DNA from: Acidimicrobiia bacterium
Lineage (GTDB): Bacteria; Actinomycetota; Acidimicrobiia; Spongiisociales; ZC4RG35
Assembly (NCBI GenBank): GCA_036556665.1
Contig: DATBIX010000029.1
Span: 6,429 to 70,428 of the forward strand
Direction: 5' to 3'
DNA: 64,000 bases
A program made the translations under genes and the position numbers. The number at the start of each line of letters is the position of its first letter. The first letter of the stretch is position 1. Below, piece by piece: positions 39,919 to 50,005 of the stretch. The notes under the pieces are model-generated. The model saw only the letters and a list, made by a program, of their open reading frames with translations. It made no database searches and was not told where the DNA came from.

Positions 39919-41948
39919 TCGACGTGGCCGAAAGCAGCGCTCTTGGGCGTCTGATGCGCCGTCGGGCGAGCAACACCGGCCTCGTCATGGCCGCTACCGC
40001 CACCCCCTACACCTTCCAGCGGACTCTGGTGACGCGCAACAACGCCGACCAGGCGATCGTCACCGGCCTCTCGTTCCTGCTCCACCAGACCACGACCTCG
40101 GCCATCCAGGAGACACTTCAGTTCCTGGCTCGCCCCCGGAAGACGGATCTGGACAGCGCGGATGGTGCCCACCGCTGGAGCAAACGCTCGATCGCGGTCG
40201 ATCTCGCCGCCTTCGCCGGTGGCATCGGAGTCCAGCGCGCTTTGAGGCAAGAGCAGGATGAGCCGATCCGGCGCGCCGCGGGGCGCACCGGCGGATGGCT
40301 GGTCTCCGCCGCCGGCGCTGCCGGCGCCCTGGTCGGAGTCGGACAGGAAGCGGCCGTGGCCGCACGACCCGGCGACCGCCGTTTCACCGGTTTGGGGGCG
40401 ACGGCATTGATCGCCGGAGCCATGGCGGGCCTGCGCGAGTTCGCCCGGCGCAGGGCAGCAGACCTCGACTCCGACCTCGGTCTGGAGCCATCGGACATCT
40501 CGGCCGGCCGGTCGCTGGCGCTGGCGCTAGGAGTCACCGCCGGATCGGCGCTGGTCGGCCACGGTGAGCGGGTGCTGGCCGACAGGGTCGCCTGGCTGTT
40601 CTCCAAGGCTCTGCCGGGGGATGAAGATCAGTGGCGCCCAATCGGGCATGTCGCCACCCTGGCCGCAGTCGGTTGGGGAGGCCGTTTGGCGGCTGCCCGG
40701 GTGGCCCATCTCATCGAGGGACGGGAGAAGCGCATGGAGCCCGCCCTCGACGTCCCGCCGCTGGCCCCCGAATTGAGCGGTGCGACGGGGAGCCTGGTCC
40801 CCTATCGAACCATGTCACGAATGGGTCGGCGGTTCGTCTGGACGGTGCGGAGGCCGGAGGAGATCGAGAGGGTGATCGGCGAGCCCGCCCTCGCCCACCC
40901 GATCCGCTCCTATGTGAGCTTGGAAGCGGCACCGTCCGAGGAGGAGAGGGTCTCGTTGGCCCTGCGTGAGCTGGAGCGGGCGGGTGGTCTCGATCGATCC
41001 TGGCTGATGGTCGCCTCCCCGACCGGCACCGGGTACGTCAACTATGCCGCCGCCGGGGCCCTGGAGTTCCTCACCAAGGGCGACTGCGCCACCCTGGCCA
41101 TGCAGTACTCGCAGCGACCATCCCCTCTATCTCTCGACCGGGTGAGCCATGGCCGGTCCCAGTTCTCCAAGTTGATGACGGCGCTTTCCGAAAAGCTCCG
41201 TTCGCTTCCCGAAGACGGTCGCCCCAAGGTCGTCTTGTTCGGCGAGAGCCTCGGCGCCTGGACCAGCCAGGACGCCTTCCTCGGCCAAGGGACACGAGGT
41301 CTCCGATCCGCCGGGATCGACTTCGCCATCTGGATCGGCACCCCGTACGGAAGCGAATGGAAGGACCAGGTGCTGGAAGGGCCCTCGGTCGACGTCGACC
41401 CATCTCTGATCGGGGTCTTCGACAGGATCGAGGAGCTGGAAGCCCTGGACGAGGCAGCGAGGAAGGAGATCCGCTACGTCATGGTCACTCACACCAATGA
41501 CGGCGTCGCCCTGTTCGGCCCCGAGCTCCTCGTGCAGCAGCCCGACTGGTTGGGAGTGCCGGAGACCCGCCCGCGCAAGATCCCGAAGAGCCAGAAGTGG
41601 ACGCCGATCACCAGCTTCGTGCAGACCATGATCGACACCAAGAACGCGGCACGAGTCGTGCCGGGCCGGTTCGATGCGGAAGGGCACGACTACCGAGCAG
41701 ACATCGTCCCGTTCTTCGATGCGGTGCTCGGCTTTGGGCGTCCGACCGATCTACTCGCCGCGATCGCCCGGGCGCTTGAGGAGGAGGAGGCGTTTCGGAC
41801 CGAGTGGATCGCAGAGCACGGGGAGGTGGGCAAGAGCATGGCATCGGTGGTCCTGTCCGAGGTGAGGGAGAGTCATCCCGAGGTGTTTCTCGAGGCCGTC
41901 TACTCGTTGAGGAGAAAACGGGGTCAGACCGTCTCTGACGCCGGTTGA
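39915..41948 (+). CDS. membrane-anchored alpha/beta-hydrolase (abhydrolase_9 type)
   Basis: PTGTGYVN, MQYS, GESLG nucleophile motif, GHDY. Confidence 0.82.
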   Translation: MIDVAESSALGRLMRRRASNTGLVMAATATPYTFQRTLVTRNNADQAIVTGLSFLLHQTTTSAIQETLQFLARPRKTDLDSADGAHRWSKRSIAVDLAAFAGGIGVQRALRQEQDEPIRRAAGRTGGWLVSAAGAAGALVGVGQEAAVAARPGDRRFTGLGATALIAGAMAGLREFARRRAADLDSDLGLEPSDISAGRSLALALGVTAGSALVGHGERVLADRVAWLFSKALPGDEDQWRPIGHVATLAAVGWGGRLAAARVAHLIEGREKRMEPALDVPPLAPELSGATGSLVPYRTMSRMGRRFVWTVRRPEEIERVIGEPALAHPIRSYVSLEAAPSEEERVSLALRELERAGGLDRSWLMVASPTGTGYVNYAAAGALEFLTKGDCATLAMQYSQRPSPLSLDRVSHGRSQFSKLMTALSEKLRSLPEDGRPKVVLFGESLGAWTSQDAFLGQGTRGLRSAGIDFAIWIGTPYGSEWKDQVLEGPSVDVDPSLIGVFDRIEELEALDEAARKEIRYVMVTHTNDGVALFGPELLVQQPDWLGVPETRPRKIPKSQKWTPITSFVQTMIDTKNAARVVPGRFDAEGHDYRADIVPFFDAVLGFGRPTDLLAAIARALEEEEAFRTEWIAEHGEVGKSMASVVLSEVRESHPEVFLEAVYSLRRKRGQTVSDAG

Positions 41949-43549
41949 CGCCCAGCTTCTGAGCCCACCGGCTCCACCGGGACCAGACGGGTGTAGTGGA
42001 GAGCGATGAGGGCGACAACGGCCAGCACTGCCAGGCTTGCCCGCAACCCGGCGATTCGCGCCATCTCGTTCTCCTCCATGATGGCGGCCGCCTCCTCCGC
42101 CGGGACCCCGGCCTCATCGAGCCCGGCTTGAAGCTGGGCATTGGAGACGAACGGGATCCCGCCTGCCAGCTCTACCTCGGCCTCGGCGGTCGCCTCGGGT
42201 GGTACGGCCGGGTTCTCCTGGATGCCCTGGATGAAGGCAGTGGTGAGAGCGGCGATCAAGATCGAGCCGGCCAGGGCAGTGCCGAGCGAGGCGCCCAGGT
42301 TGGTCATCGTGTTCTGCAGGCCACCGACCTCTCCACTCTCCTCATCAGGCACGGCGGAAACCGTGACCGCGCCCAGCTGCGAGGCGAGGGCGCCCACTCC
42401 GATACCGGCGAAGAGCAAGGGCACGGTGACGATCTCGGCGCCGGCCCCGGCTTCGAGAGCCGCGATCAACGAGACGATCCCGGCCAGCAGCGCCAGAAGC
42501 CCCCAACGCACCACCTTGCGTGGCGGCGCCTGGGGCCAATACCTGGGAATGGCCACGGCGGCCAGGAGCAGCGTGACCGAGAGCGGGAGCAGCCGTATCC
42601 CGGTATCCAACGCACTCAGGCCAAGTGCGACCGAGAGAAACAACGGCACGGTGAAGAACAGCCCCGCCTGGATCAGAAACTGGAAGAAGAACATGGTGAG
42701 CCCGCCGCGAAGCTGGGGGTTGTCGAGCATGGCGCGGCGAACCAGAGGCTCCCGGCCCTGGGCGACCACACGCTCCTCCCAGCCGAAGAAGAGCCAGACC
42801 ACGAACATCCCGGCCAGGATCAACCACAACGTCGGGGAGATCCCGAGGAAGTCCGGTCCCCCTGGCTTGGGCTGAACCCAGCCCCACTCACCGCTGCGAA
42901 GCACCCCAAAGACGGCGAGACCGAGCCCGATGGCGGAGAGCATCGCTCCGACCACATCCAACCGGTACCGGGCTTCGGGGGGAGCGTCGTTCATCCGTCG
43001 TGAAAGGGCGAGAATGGCGATGACGATCAGCACCTCGCCGGCGAACACGTAGCGCCACGTCCAGTAGGTGGTGACCGCCCCTCCGATCAAGGGGCCTGCC
43101 GCCACCGCGATGGCGCCTGCGGAGGCCACCAGGCCATATGCCCGCGGCCTCCCCGCCGGGGGGAAGTTGGAGGCGACCAGGGCGACGATGGCCGGCATGA
43201 TCAGCGCCGCCCCGATCCCCTCCAGGAAGGACCATCCGATGATGAGGACTGTCAGGTTCGGGGCGAGAGCGGTGGTCAAGGAACCGGCGCCATAGATGAT
43301 GCACCCGATGCTGAAGGCCTTGCGCCGGCCGATGAGGCTGCCGATCTTGCCCCCGGTGATCATCAGAGTGGCCATCACCAGCGTGTACAGCGTGATGGCG
43401 GTCTGGATGCCGGTGACCGTGGTTCCCAGATCCTCGGCGACCTGGGCGATCGACACGTTCATGACTGAGCTGTCGAGCGTCATCAGGAACTGGCCCGAGG
43501 CCAGTGTCAGCAGGACGATTCCTGTGCTGCTGCGCGCTGGCGTCGTCAC
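41924..43549 (-). CDS. MFS transporter (14-TM DHA2-like)
   Basis: LDSSVMNV, GGKIGSLIGRRK, GPLIGG. Confidence 0.9.
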   Translation of the reverse strand: MTTPARSSTGIVLLTLASGQFLMTLDSSVMNVSIAQVAEDLGTTVTGIQTAITLYTLVMATLMITGGKIGSLIGRRKAFSIGCIIYGAGSLTTALAPNLTVLIIGWSFLEGIGAALIMPAIVALVASNFPPAGRPRAYGLVASAGAIAVAAGPLIGGAVTTYWTWRYVFAGEVLIVIAILALSRRMNDAPPEARYRLDVVGAMLSAIGLGLAVFGVLRSGEWGWVQPKPGGPDFLGISPTLWLILAGMFVVWLFFGWEERVVAQGREPLVRRAMLDNPQLRGGLTMFFFQFLIQAGLFFTVPLFLSVALGLSALDTGIRLLPLSVTLLLAAVAIPRYWPQAPPRKVVRWGLLALLAGIVSLIAALEAGAGAEIVTVPLLFAGIGVGALASQLGAVTVSAVPDEESGEVGGLQNTMTNLGASLGTALAGSILIAALTTAFIQGIQENPAVPPEATAEAEVELAGGIPFVSNAQLQAGLDEAGVPAEEAAAIMEENEMARIAGLRASLAVLAVVALIALHYTRLVPVEPVGSEAGRQPASETV

Positions 43550-43616
43550 CGGGGCAAGCTACCGGGTGGAACTGGTGGATTGAGGAATTGGAAGCCGGCT
43601 GGCCGCCGAGACGAGG

Positions 43617-44804
43617 TCAGGTCGGCTCCGACCACGGGTCGCGCATATGGATCTTGGCCCAAACGTAGGAGAGAACGATCCTGAGATTGGCGACGATCGG
43701 AACGGCGAGTATCGCCCCCAGGATCCCGGCCACCTGGTAGGCGGCGGTGATCGAGATCAGGACCACGAGCGGAGGCAGGGTGACCGAGTGGCCCATGACC
43801 TTGGGAGCGATCAGGTTGCTCTCCAGTTGCTGGATCAGGATGTAGGCGACGATCACGATCAGGGCGAACAGGAAGTTGTTCATGTCGAATCGGGTCGAGC
43901 CCTGGAACAGGGCGATGAGAACTGCAGGGATTGTGGCGATGATCGGACCGAAGGTCGGGATCACCTCGAGCAATCCTGCTATCACACCGAGGAAGAGGGC
44001 ACCGGGAACCCCGATCAGCCAGGTCACCACGAAAGTGGTGAATCCGATGACCAGCACCATGATCCCCTGGCCACGGATGTAGTCGCTCCACGACCTGTTC
44101 AGTCGCCGGCCGAGCTCGATGACCTCGGGTCGGTTCTTCTCTCGTACGAGGCCGGGAAGAGGGCGGAACAGCCTTTGAGAATCGACGCTCAAGTAGATGG
44201 CGATGATCAGCACGAAGAAGATGGAGGAGACAACGCTCACCAAAACCCCGACCAACCCCGCCGCAGCGGCCAGGGCTTCCTCGAAAGCAGTGAGAAGGGC
44301 GCCGGGCTCGAGGAGCCCTGCCCCCTCCGATGCCTCGCTGCTCGCGCTCGTGATCGCCCCGGAGAGACCCGAGAAGTCGATTCCCATGAAGTCGCTCTCC
44401 TCCAGGCTCATGGCGAGATCGGTCAGCCAGGCATCGAGGTCGGCGACGATCTCCGAGAAATCGATCTGGGCGATCGAGTTGATCAGCAGTATGGGAAGAA
44501 GGAAGACGGCTCCGTAGGCAATGGCGGCGACGATCAGGTAGGTGACGGTCACCGCCGCCCACCGGGGTAGATGGAGCTTGCTGACCGCCAGACGCAGGAT
44601 CGGCTCGATCAGAAACGCCAGCAAGGCGGCGATCACGATCGAGTCGAGCACCCCGAACAGAAGGAAGAACCCAAGGACGACCACCCCGACCACGGTGGCG
44701 ATCGCTGCCAGGCGCCTCGTAGGCGCGTCCCAGACCGGCGAGCTCGGTCGTCGCGCTTCGAGGTCGCCGCCGGTTGTGGTCGGTTCGGACTGGTCGCCTG
44801 TCAT
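43617..44804 (-). CDS. AI-2E (PerM) family transporter
   Basis: YIRGQ, LEVIPTFGP, QQLESNLIAPKVMG; ATG 44804 with GAGGTG RBS. Confidence 0.88.
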   Translation of the reverse strand: MTGDQSEPTTTGGDLEARRPSSPVWDAPTRRLAAIATVVGVVVLGFFLLFGVLDSIVIAALLAFLIEPILRLAVSKLHLPRWAAVTVTYLIVAAIAYGAVFLLPILLINSIAQIDFSEIVADLDAWLTDLAMSLEESDFMGIDFSGLSGAITSASSEASEGAGLLEPGALLTAFEEALAAAAGLVGVLVSVVSSIFFVLIIAIYLSVDSQRLFRPLPGLVREKNRPEVIELGRRLNRSWSDYIRGQGIMVLVIGFTTFVVTWLIGVPGALFLGVIAGLLEVIPTFGPIIATIPAVLIALFQGSTRFDMNNFLFALIVIVAYILIQQLESNLIAPKVMGHSVTLPPLVVLISITAAYQVAGILGAILAVPIVANLRIVLSYVWAKIHMRDPWSEPT

Positions 44805-45047
44805 CGTCACCTCGGGGAGGATCTGCCCATTCTCGAGCCCCGCCTGGCTGACGAAAGGTAGCGGCGACCACGCCACACCGCCCGGCTCTTCCTTGGTGCC
44901 GGACGGCTCCTCAGGCAACCCTCGATGCTCGAGAAGGCTCCCATGGGGCGCCCCAGGTCATCGCACTGGCGACGAAGAGCTGCAGCCGCTCCTGCAACGG
45001 TGAGCTCATCGCCTTCGCCCAGCGACCCTGTCCTCGAGCAGGTTGGT

Positions 45048-46472
45048 TCACCCCGGAGGTGACAGGACCGCGTTGACCACATGAGCCAGACCGTTGGCCC
45101 CGGTTACGTTGCTGACAGTCACGATTGACGAGCCATTGAGCACCACCTGCCCTTGGTCCAACGATATGGCGATATCGCTCCCCTGAGCCGTGGTCACCGA
45201 GCTCGACCCCATCAGGTCGAACCCGCTCAGGCTGCCCTCCACCACGTGGTAGAGGAGCACCGCTTGCAGCGCTTCGGGATCGGTGGGCAATGGCTCGGCC
45301 AACTGGCCGAACGCCTCGTCGGTGGGTGCGAACAGGGTGAACGGGCCAGGTCCCGAGAGTGTCTCGGTCAGACCGGCTGTCTCGATCGCAGCCAGGAGCT
45401 GGGTGAACTGTCCCGCCTCGGCCAGGACGTCGAGGACCCCTCCCGAGACAGGCGGCACCGTCGTCGCCGGTGGGGTGGTTGTGGTTGGCGCCGCGGTGGT
45501 TGTGGTCTCCGCCGCCGTCGTTTCCGGCGCAGGAGCGGTGGTGGTCGCTCCGGCGGCTGTCGTCGAAGTCGTGGGGGGCGGGTTGCCCGCATCTTCGAGC
45601 GCTGCCTCGAAGGCGCGCATGGTGGCGGCATCCACCACACCGGTGGCGGGAACTCCCAGATCGGTCTGCAGGGCCTTCAGCGCCTCCTCGACCTCTGGCG
45701 ACCACTGCCCGTCCACGGGTCCGCCGTAGTGGCCGGTGGCGGTCAGGATCCCCTGCAGTGCTCCGATCTCGGCAGAAGACCTCTGACCGAGGGCGGCGGC
45801 GAGGGCTGCCTGTGTCGCCGGGTCCATCAACCCGGTCACAGGCAGGCCTGCCTCCTCCTGGAGGGTCTCCACCGCGGCGATGGTCATCGGACCGTAGATA
45901 CCGTCGATGCGCCCGGTGTAGTAGCCGACAGCAGTGAGATCGGTCTGCAACGCGGTCACGTAGTCGGAGACCCATTGCGTGGCCTGGGCCTCGTCCTCGA
46001 TGCACCCGGCGTCGGCGAAGAGAAGCGCCCACGCGACCTGAAGCTGATAAGCCGCCGAAGTGAAGGCAACGCCGGCGTCGACCACCGCCGTCCGCTGGTC
46101 GATTCCGGCCACCGCGTCCGCAAATGCAGCCTCCGCCTCTTCGACCGCCTCGATGCTCTCCGGCTCGACGATCTCGATCGTGACCGCCGAATCGGGGTCG
46201 GCCTGCACAGCCTCCTGGAACTCGGTGGCCGAGTCGAGCACGGCATCACGGGCCGGCTCCAGGTCGGCTCCGGCCGACTGGACGTCGCCGACGGTCAGTT
46301 CGACGTCTTCGAACAACCCTCCGTATGTGTCCAGGGCTGTCACGTACTCCTCGACGTCGGAGCAGAACTGTGCCTGGGCCTCCTCGACGTCAATCTCGTC
46401 CGACTGTCCGCAGGCCGAAACGGCGAGGGCGAGAACGACGATCCCGGTGAGAGTGCGTAGTCCGGCATTCAT
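45048..46472 (-). CDS. lipoprotein with two peptidoglycan-binding domains and C-terminal fasciclin (FAS1) domain
   Basis: Lipobox VSAC; DGIYGPMT..AV..LQ and DGQWSPEV..AL..LQ; FTLFAPTDEAF, LLYHVV, HVVNAVL. Confidence 0.82.
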   Translation of the reverse strand: MNAGLRTLTGIVVLALAVSACGQSDEIDVEEAQAQFCSDVEEYVTALDTYGGLFEDVELTVGDVQSAGADLEPARDAVLDSATEFQEAVQADPDSAVTIEIVEPESIEAVEEAEAAFADAVAGIDQRTAVVDAGVAFTSAAYQLQVAWALLFADAGCIEDEAQATQWVSDYVTALQTDLTAVGYYTGRIDGIYGPMTIAAVETLQEEAGLPVTGLMDPATQAALAAALGQRSSAEIGALQGILTATGHYGGPVDGQWSPEVEEALKALQTDLGVPATGVVDAATMRAFEAALEDAGNPPPTTSTTAAGATTTAPAPETTAAETTTTAAPTTTTPPATTVPPVSGGVLDVLAEAGQFTQLLAAIETAGLTETLSGPGPFTLFAPTDEAFGQLAEPLPTDPEALQAVLLYHVVEGSLSGFDLMGSSSVTTAQGSDIAISLDQGQVVLNGSSIVTVSNVTGANGLAHVVNAVLSPPG

Positions 46473-47293
46473 TGGGTTTTCGTCTCCTGATCGGAAGTCT
46501 GGGGCTTCTGGCCCCGCTTCGGCGTCGCCGGGGCAGACGGCCGCAACTGGGAGGAGAAGTAGTCGAGGGCGCTCTTGGTCTTGGTCGCCTGCTCCCCACT
46601 CAGGTCGACCCCGTGTGCAGTGAGAAAGGCACGCGCCTCGGCCGCCACCTGAAAGGCCTCGGCCGGCAGGCACTTGGTGGACAGCTCGAGGATCCGCGAT
46701 CCGTCCGGGTACAGCCAGAGCTCTGCCACCATCTTGCGGTCGAAGTCGGCTGGGTTGAACTTGAGTTTCAGGATGTTGATCGGGCCCAGCATGGCGAGAT
46801 CGTTCATCTTGAGGTCCTCGGGAGCGTGCTCCTTGTAGAACGCCTTCTGCTCCTTGGAGAAGACCTGGCCGGTCTTCGCCTTCCCAAGTGCCACCTCACG
46901 AACGGCTGCCGCGCTCGACTTGCCCTTCATCGAGGCCGAGCAGACAAAGCCGCCCGGCATCGCATCGACTTCGACACCGAACCCCGTCGAGCGACGTCTC
47001 TCGGGGGACAGCTGGTCGGGTACGACAGGTCGAAGCTTGATCACCGTGTCGCCCGCGCCGCCCTGGATCCGCCGGGCTCTGACCACCAGTCCGGCCTGAT
47101 TCAGGGTGAGCTCGGGCGTGTCGAAGAACAAGACCTGCCGTATCTCGGCGTCCAGAGGATCCATCCCTAGTGCGCTCGCCGTGGAGCGGATGTCCGAGTC
47201 GGGCACCGTGAGCTTGAGCTCGACCGTGTCCGACTTCTTCACCAGTTCGAGCATCTCGACCACCTGGGTGTCGGTAAGTCCTGGCGTCGTCAT
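46469..47293 (-). CDS. CYTH-like (triphosphate tunnel) protein
   Basis: VELKLTV, FFDTP, VRARR, VIKLRP, LELSTKC. Confidence 0.65.
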   Translation of the reverse strand: MTTPGLTDTQVVEMLELVKKSDTVELKLTVPDSDIRSTASALGMDPLDAEIRQVLFFDTPELTLNQAGLVVRARRIQGGAGDTVIKLRPVVPDQLSPERRRSTGFGVEVDAMPGGFVCSASMKGKSSAAAVREVALGKAKTGQVFSKEQKAFYKEHAPEDLKMNDLAMLGPINILKLKFNPADFDRKMVAELWLYPDGSRILELSTKCLPAEAFQVAAEARAFLTAHGVDLSGEQATKTKSALDYFSSQLRPSAPATPKRGQKPQTSDQETKTQ

Positions 47294-47312
47294 GGCGTCT
47301 ACCTCCTCGATG

Positions 47313-47636
47313 TCATTCGAACTCGATTGCCCGGTCGACGTCGTATCCGAGGGCCGCGGCGAGGCGAGGGGCCGCGGCCACGATCCTGGCTACCCCGGCG
47401 ACGGAGGCGACCGCCAACAGGGCGCCCACACACTCGGTGGGGCTGGCGCCGCCGGCGATGGCGTCTTCGACCAGGCGCCCGTAGGTTTGTGTCGAGGCCC
47501 CCATGGCAACGGCGGCACCGATCCCAACCAGGCCGCGCGTCCTCTGGTCCAGGGCGGGCGGCTTGAGCTTCCTCGGGGGGCCACCGGCCAGCCTCAACTC
47601 CGCCAGGATCGACTCGACTGTTCGGGAAGGGCTCAT
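47313..47636 (-). CDS. carboxymuconolactone decarboxylase (CMD/AhpD-like) family protein
   Basis: LDQRTRGLVGIGA...AIAGGAS; ATG 47636 preferred (ORF extends to 47714). Confidence 0.7.
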   Translation of the reverse strand: MSPSRTVESILAELRLAGGPPRKLKPPALDQRTRGLVGIGAAVAMGASTQTYGRLVEDAIAGGASPTECVGALLAVASVAGVARIVAAAPRLAAALGYDVDRAIEFE

Positions 47637-47709
47637 GTCTACGTGATGTCCATTGCTCGGACCAGCGAGCATCGCTTCGACCAGCAGACTGGGTGAGGGG
47701 TTGGAAAGC

Positions 47710-47728
47710 ATCACCCCTGGGGGATGAA
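47710..47728. promoter_or_regulatory. ATCRYCC-N5-GGRYGAW palindrome, copy 1
   Basis: ATCACCC-CTGGG-GGATGAA upstream of CMD-CYTH-fasciclin genes. Confidence 0.6.
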
Positions 47729-47734
47729 ACCCCT

Positions 47735-49951
47735 TCAGATGCCGAGCAAACCCGTCTCCTCGGCCTTTCGTACCGCCTCGCTTCTCGATGAGGCCTCAAG
47801 CTTTCGATAGATGGACATTGCCTGTGTCTTCACCGTATGTCTGGAGACAAAGAGACGCTCGCCGATCTCGGGGAAGCTGAGATGGGTCGCAAGCATCGGG
47901 AGCAGCCGCAACTCGGCATTGGTGAGAGCGGAGGCGCCCACCCGACCAGAATCCGGCGTCAAACCCATCTTGATCTCCTCGATTCTCTTGGGGAGAAGCC
48001 CCAGATCGGGGCGCTGGATGACTATGTCCTCGGCCTCACGAAGGACCTGTCTCGCTCCGGCCACGTCCGCCAGCTCGACGTAGGTGGTGGCCATCTCGAG
48101 TAGCGCCTGCACCGAGTATCCCGGCAGAGCCGCGTTGAGACGGGGTCGAAGACTCGCCGCTCGGGCCAGCAACTCGCGCGCCTTGGTCAGGTCGTTGCGT
48201 CTGCGAGCCAGCCGCGCCGACACGACGAAGGCGAGTGCGCTCGTGGCATACCCCTCGAGGCCGTAGTCGATGACATGACGCAACGACTTCGATGCGAAGT
48301 CGTTGGCCCGAGCCCAGTCCCCTGAATCGATGGCGATGACGGCGCGCTCCGCCAGGGCGACCGTGGCCGCGGCAGTGGCCAGATGGGGCTCGCTCAGTGT
48401 CACCGCCTCGGCGAACAATGAGTCTGCCCGTTCGACATCGCCATCCCACAGGGTGCCCATCCCCTCGATGGCGAACGCAGCCGGCACGAATCCCGAGCCG
48501 GGAGCCAGCTCTTCCCTTGCCGAGCGGGCATCCTCCACCATCGCCAAGGGCCCCGACCGGGTCTGGAGCGCTCGTGCCAGCCGGGCTATGGGATGCCGGG
48601 GCTCTTCTGCACCCAGCCACCTCTCCGCCCCCAACCCATCGCCGCTGAGGGCGGAGACCATTGCGCCCATGGCGGCGACGACCGGATAACGAGCCATCTC
48701 CCCGTTGTCCGCCAGCCAGTTCAGCCATGCCAGCAGGGTGTCGGAGCGGCCTCGCCCATAGGTGGCCCGGCCGATGTCGGCCACGATTCGCGCCACCCGA
48801 TCCACATCGCCGGCTCTCTGAGCATGATGGATGGCCATTTCCGGCAAGTGGTTGGCTTCGAACCACTCCGCGGCTCGGGCATGCAGGTCGACGATGTCTT
48901 CGGGATGGCGCAGGGCCAGCTCGGCCTGAAGCAGATCCTGGAACATGTGGTGATAGCGATGCCACTCCCGGGTGCGGTCGAGACGCAGGATGAGCAGATT
49001 GGACTCTTCCAGCGCCTCCAACACACGCCCTGAGCCAGTCGTCCCCAACACGGCATCGCACAAGGGGCCGCTGAGCTGGTCGAGAATCGAGGTTCGAACC
49101 AAGAACGACACCCGAGCCGGAGAGAGCCGATCGAGGACCTCACTGCGCATGTAGTCGGCCACGAACAGATCGTCACCTCCGACCGACAGGGGTCGTGGCT
49201 CCGAGGAACCGAGCTGCATGGCGAGCCCGGTGAGATGGACGCCGACCGGCCAGCCTTCGGTCCGCGTCATCACCTCTCCGAGGTCGTACCCCGCATCCAC
49301 CCCCATGGCGTCGAGGAGGGCGGCCGCCTCCGCCTCGTCGAAGGCGAGATCCTGGGCGGTCACCTCCAGGTGTGCCCCCCCGGATCGGAGCGCCGACATC
49401 GGCAAGTTCCTGTCGGAGCGTGAGGCGACGACTACCTGCATCCTCCGCCCCAGTTGGAACAGCAAGGCTCCCAGGACGTCGATCGACGAACGGTTGCGCA
49501 ACGAGTCGACATTGTCGAGGAAGACGAGCCCCTCCGAGCCAGACCGGATCGCCCGCATCAGCCGGGAGATTCCATGGGAGATCGCCTCGTCCGATGTGAA
49601 ATGGAGCTCCGAAGAGTTCCTCGACCTCATCAGACCTGCCCCGCGCAGCGCGACCGCGATGTGAGAGAGAAGGTCGGCGGGATCGTCGTCGGTGCGATCG
49701 AGAGACAACCAAGCAGTCGGCATCGCCGCGTCGACCATCGACTGCGCCATCAGTAGGGTCTTGCCATATCCCGCGGGAGCGACGATGGTGACCACCCGAC
49801 CAGCTCCTACCGCCCCGAGACGGGGGATCAGCTGCTCGCGCCGAACGAGACTGGGACGGAGGGCGGGGGGATGGAATTTGACCTCTGGGATGCCAGCCAC
49901 CGGAGGATGGTGGCCCGACAGCCCCGGCGACGGGCCACTGGTGGTGGTCAT
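47735..49951 (-). CDS. MalT-like LuxR family regulator (P-loop, TPR-like sensor, LuxR HTH)
   Basis: APAGYGKT, AWLSLD, RTEGWP, YHHMF, LTNAELRLL...TVKTQ..SIYRKL. Confidence 0.9.
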   Translation of the reverse strand: MTTTSGPSPGLSGHHPPVAGIPEVKFHPPALRPSLVRREQLIPRLGAVGAGRVVTIVAPAGYGKTLLMAQSMVDAAMPTAWLSLDRTDDDPADLLSHIAVALRGAGLMRSRNSSELHFTSDEAISHGISRLMRAIRSGSEGLVFLDNVDSLRNRSSIDVLGALLFQLGRRMQVVVASRSDRNLPMSALRSGGAHLEVTAQDLAFDEAEAAALLDAMGVDAGYDLGEVMTRTEGWPVGVHLTGLAMQLGSSEPRPLSVGGDDLFVADYMRSEVLDRLSPARVSFLVRTSILDQLSGPLCDAVLGTTGSGRVLEALEESNLLILRLDRTREWHRYHHMFQDLLQAELALRHPEDIVDLHARAAEWFEANHLPEMAIHHAQRAGDVDRVARIVADIGRATYGRGRSDTLLAWLNWLADNGEMARYPVVAAMGAMVSALSGDGLGAERWLGAEEPRHPIARLARALQTRSGPLAMVEDARSAREELAPGSGFVPAAFAIEGMGTLWDGDVERADSLFAEAVTLSEPHLATAAATVALAERAVIAIDSGDWARANDFASKSLRHVIDYGLEGYATSALAFVVSARLARRRNDLTKARELLARAASLRPRLNAALPGYSVQALLEMATTYVELADVAGARQVLREAEDIVIQRPDLGLLPKRIEEIKMGLTPDSGRVGASALTNAELRLLPMLATHLSFPEIGERLFVSRHTVKTQAMSIYRKLEASSRSEAVRKAEETGLLGI

Positions 49952-50005
49952 GCTCAGGCGAAGGGTAACCAGGACACATCCATGGTCAGTCCAGACAGGG
50001 GAGAG

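Noticed and set aside
44911-45009. Short ORF MSSPLQERLQLFVASAMTWGAPWEPSRASRVA between fasciclin and AI-2E genes
   Set aside because: No clear RBS, no TM segment or motif; likely chance
45048-45062. TCACC-CCGGA-GGTGA resembling the LuxR-module motif
   Set aside because: Two bases too short and lies inside the coding end of the fasciclin gene
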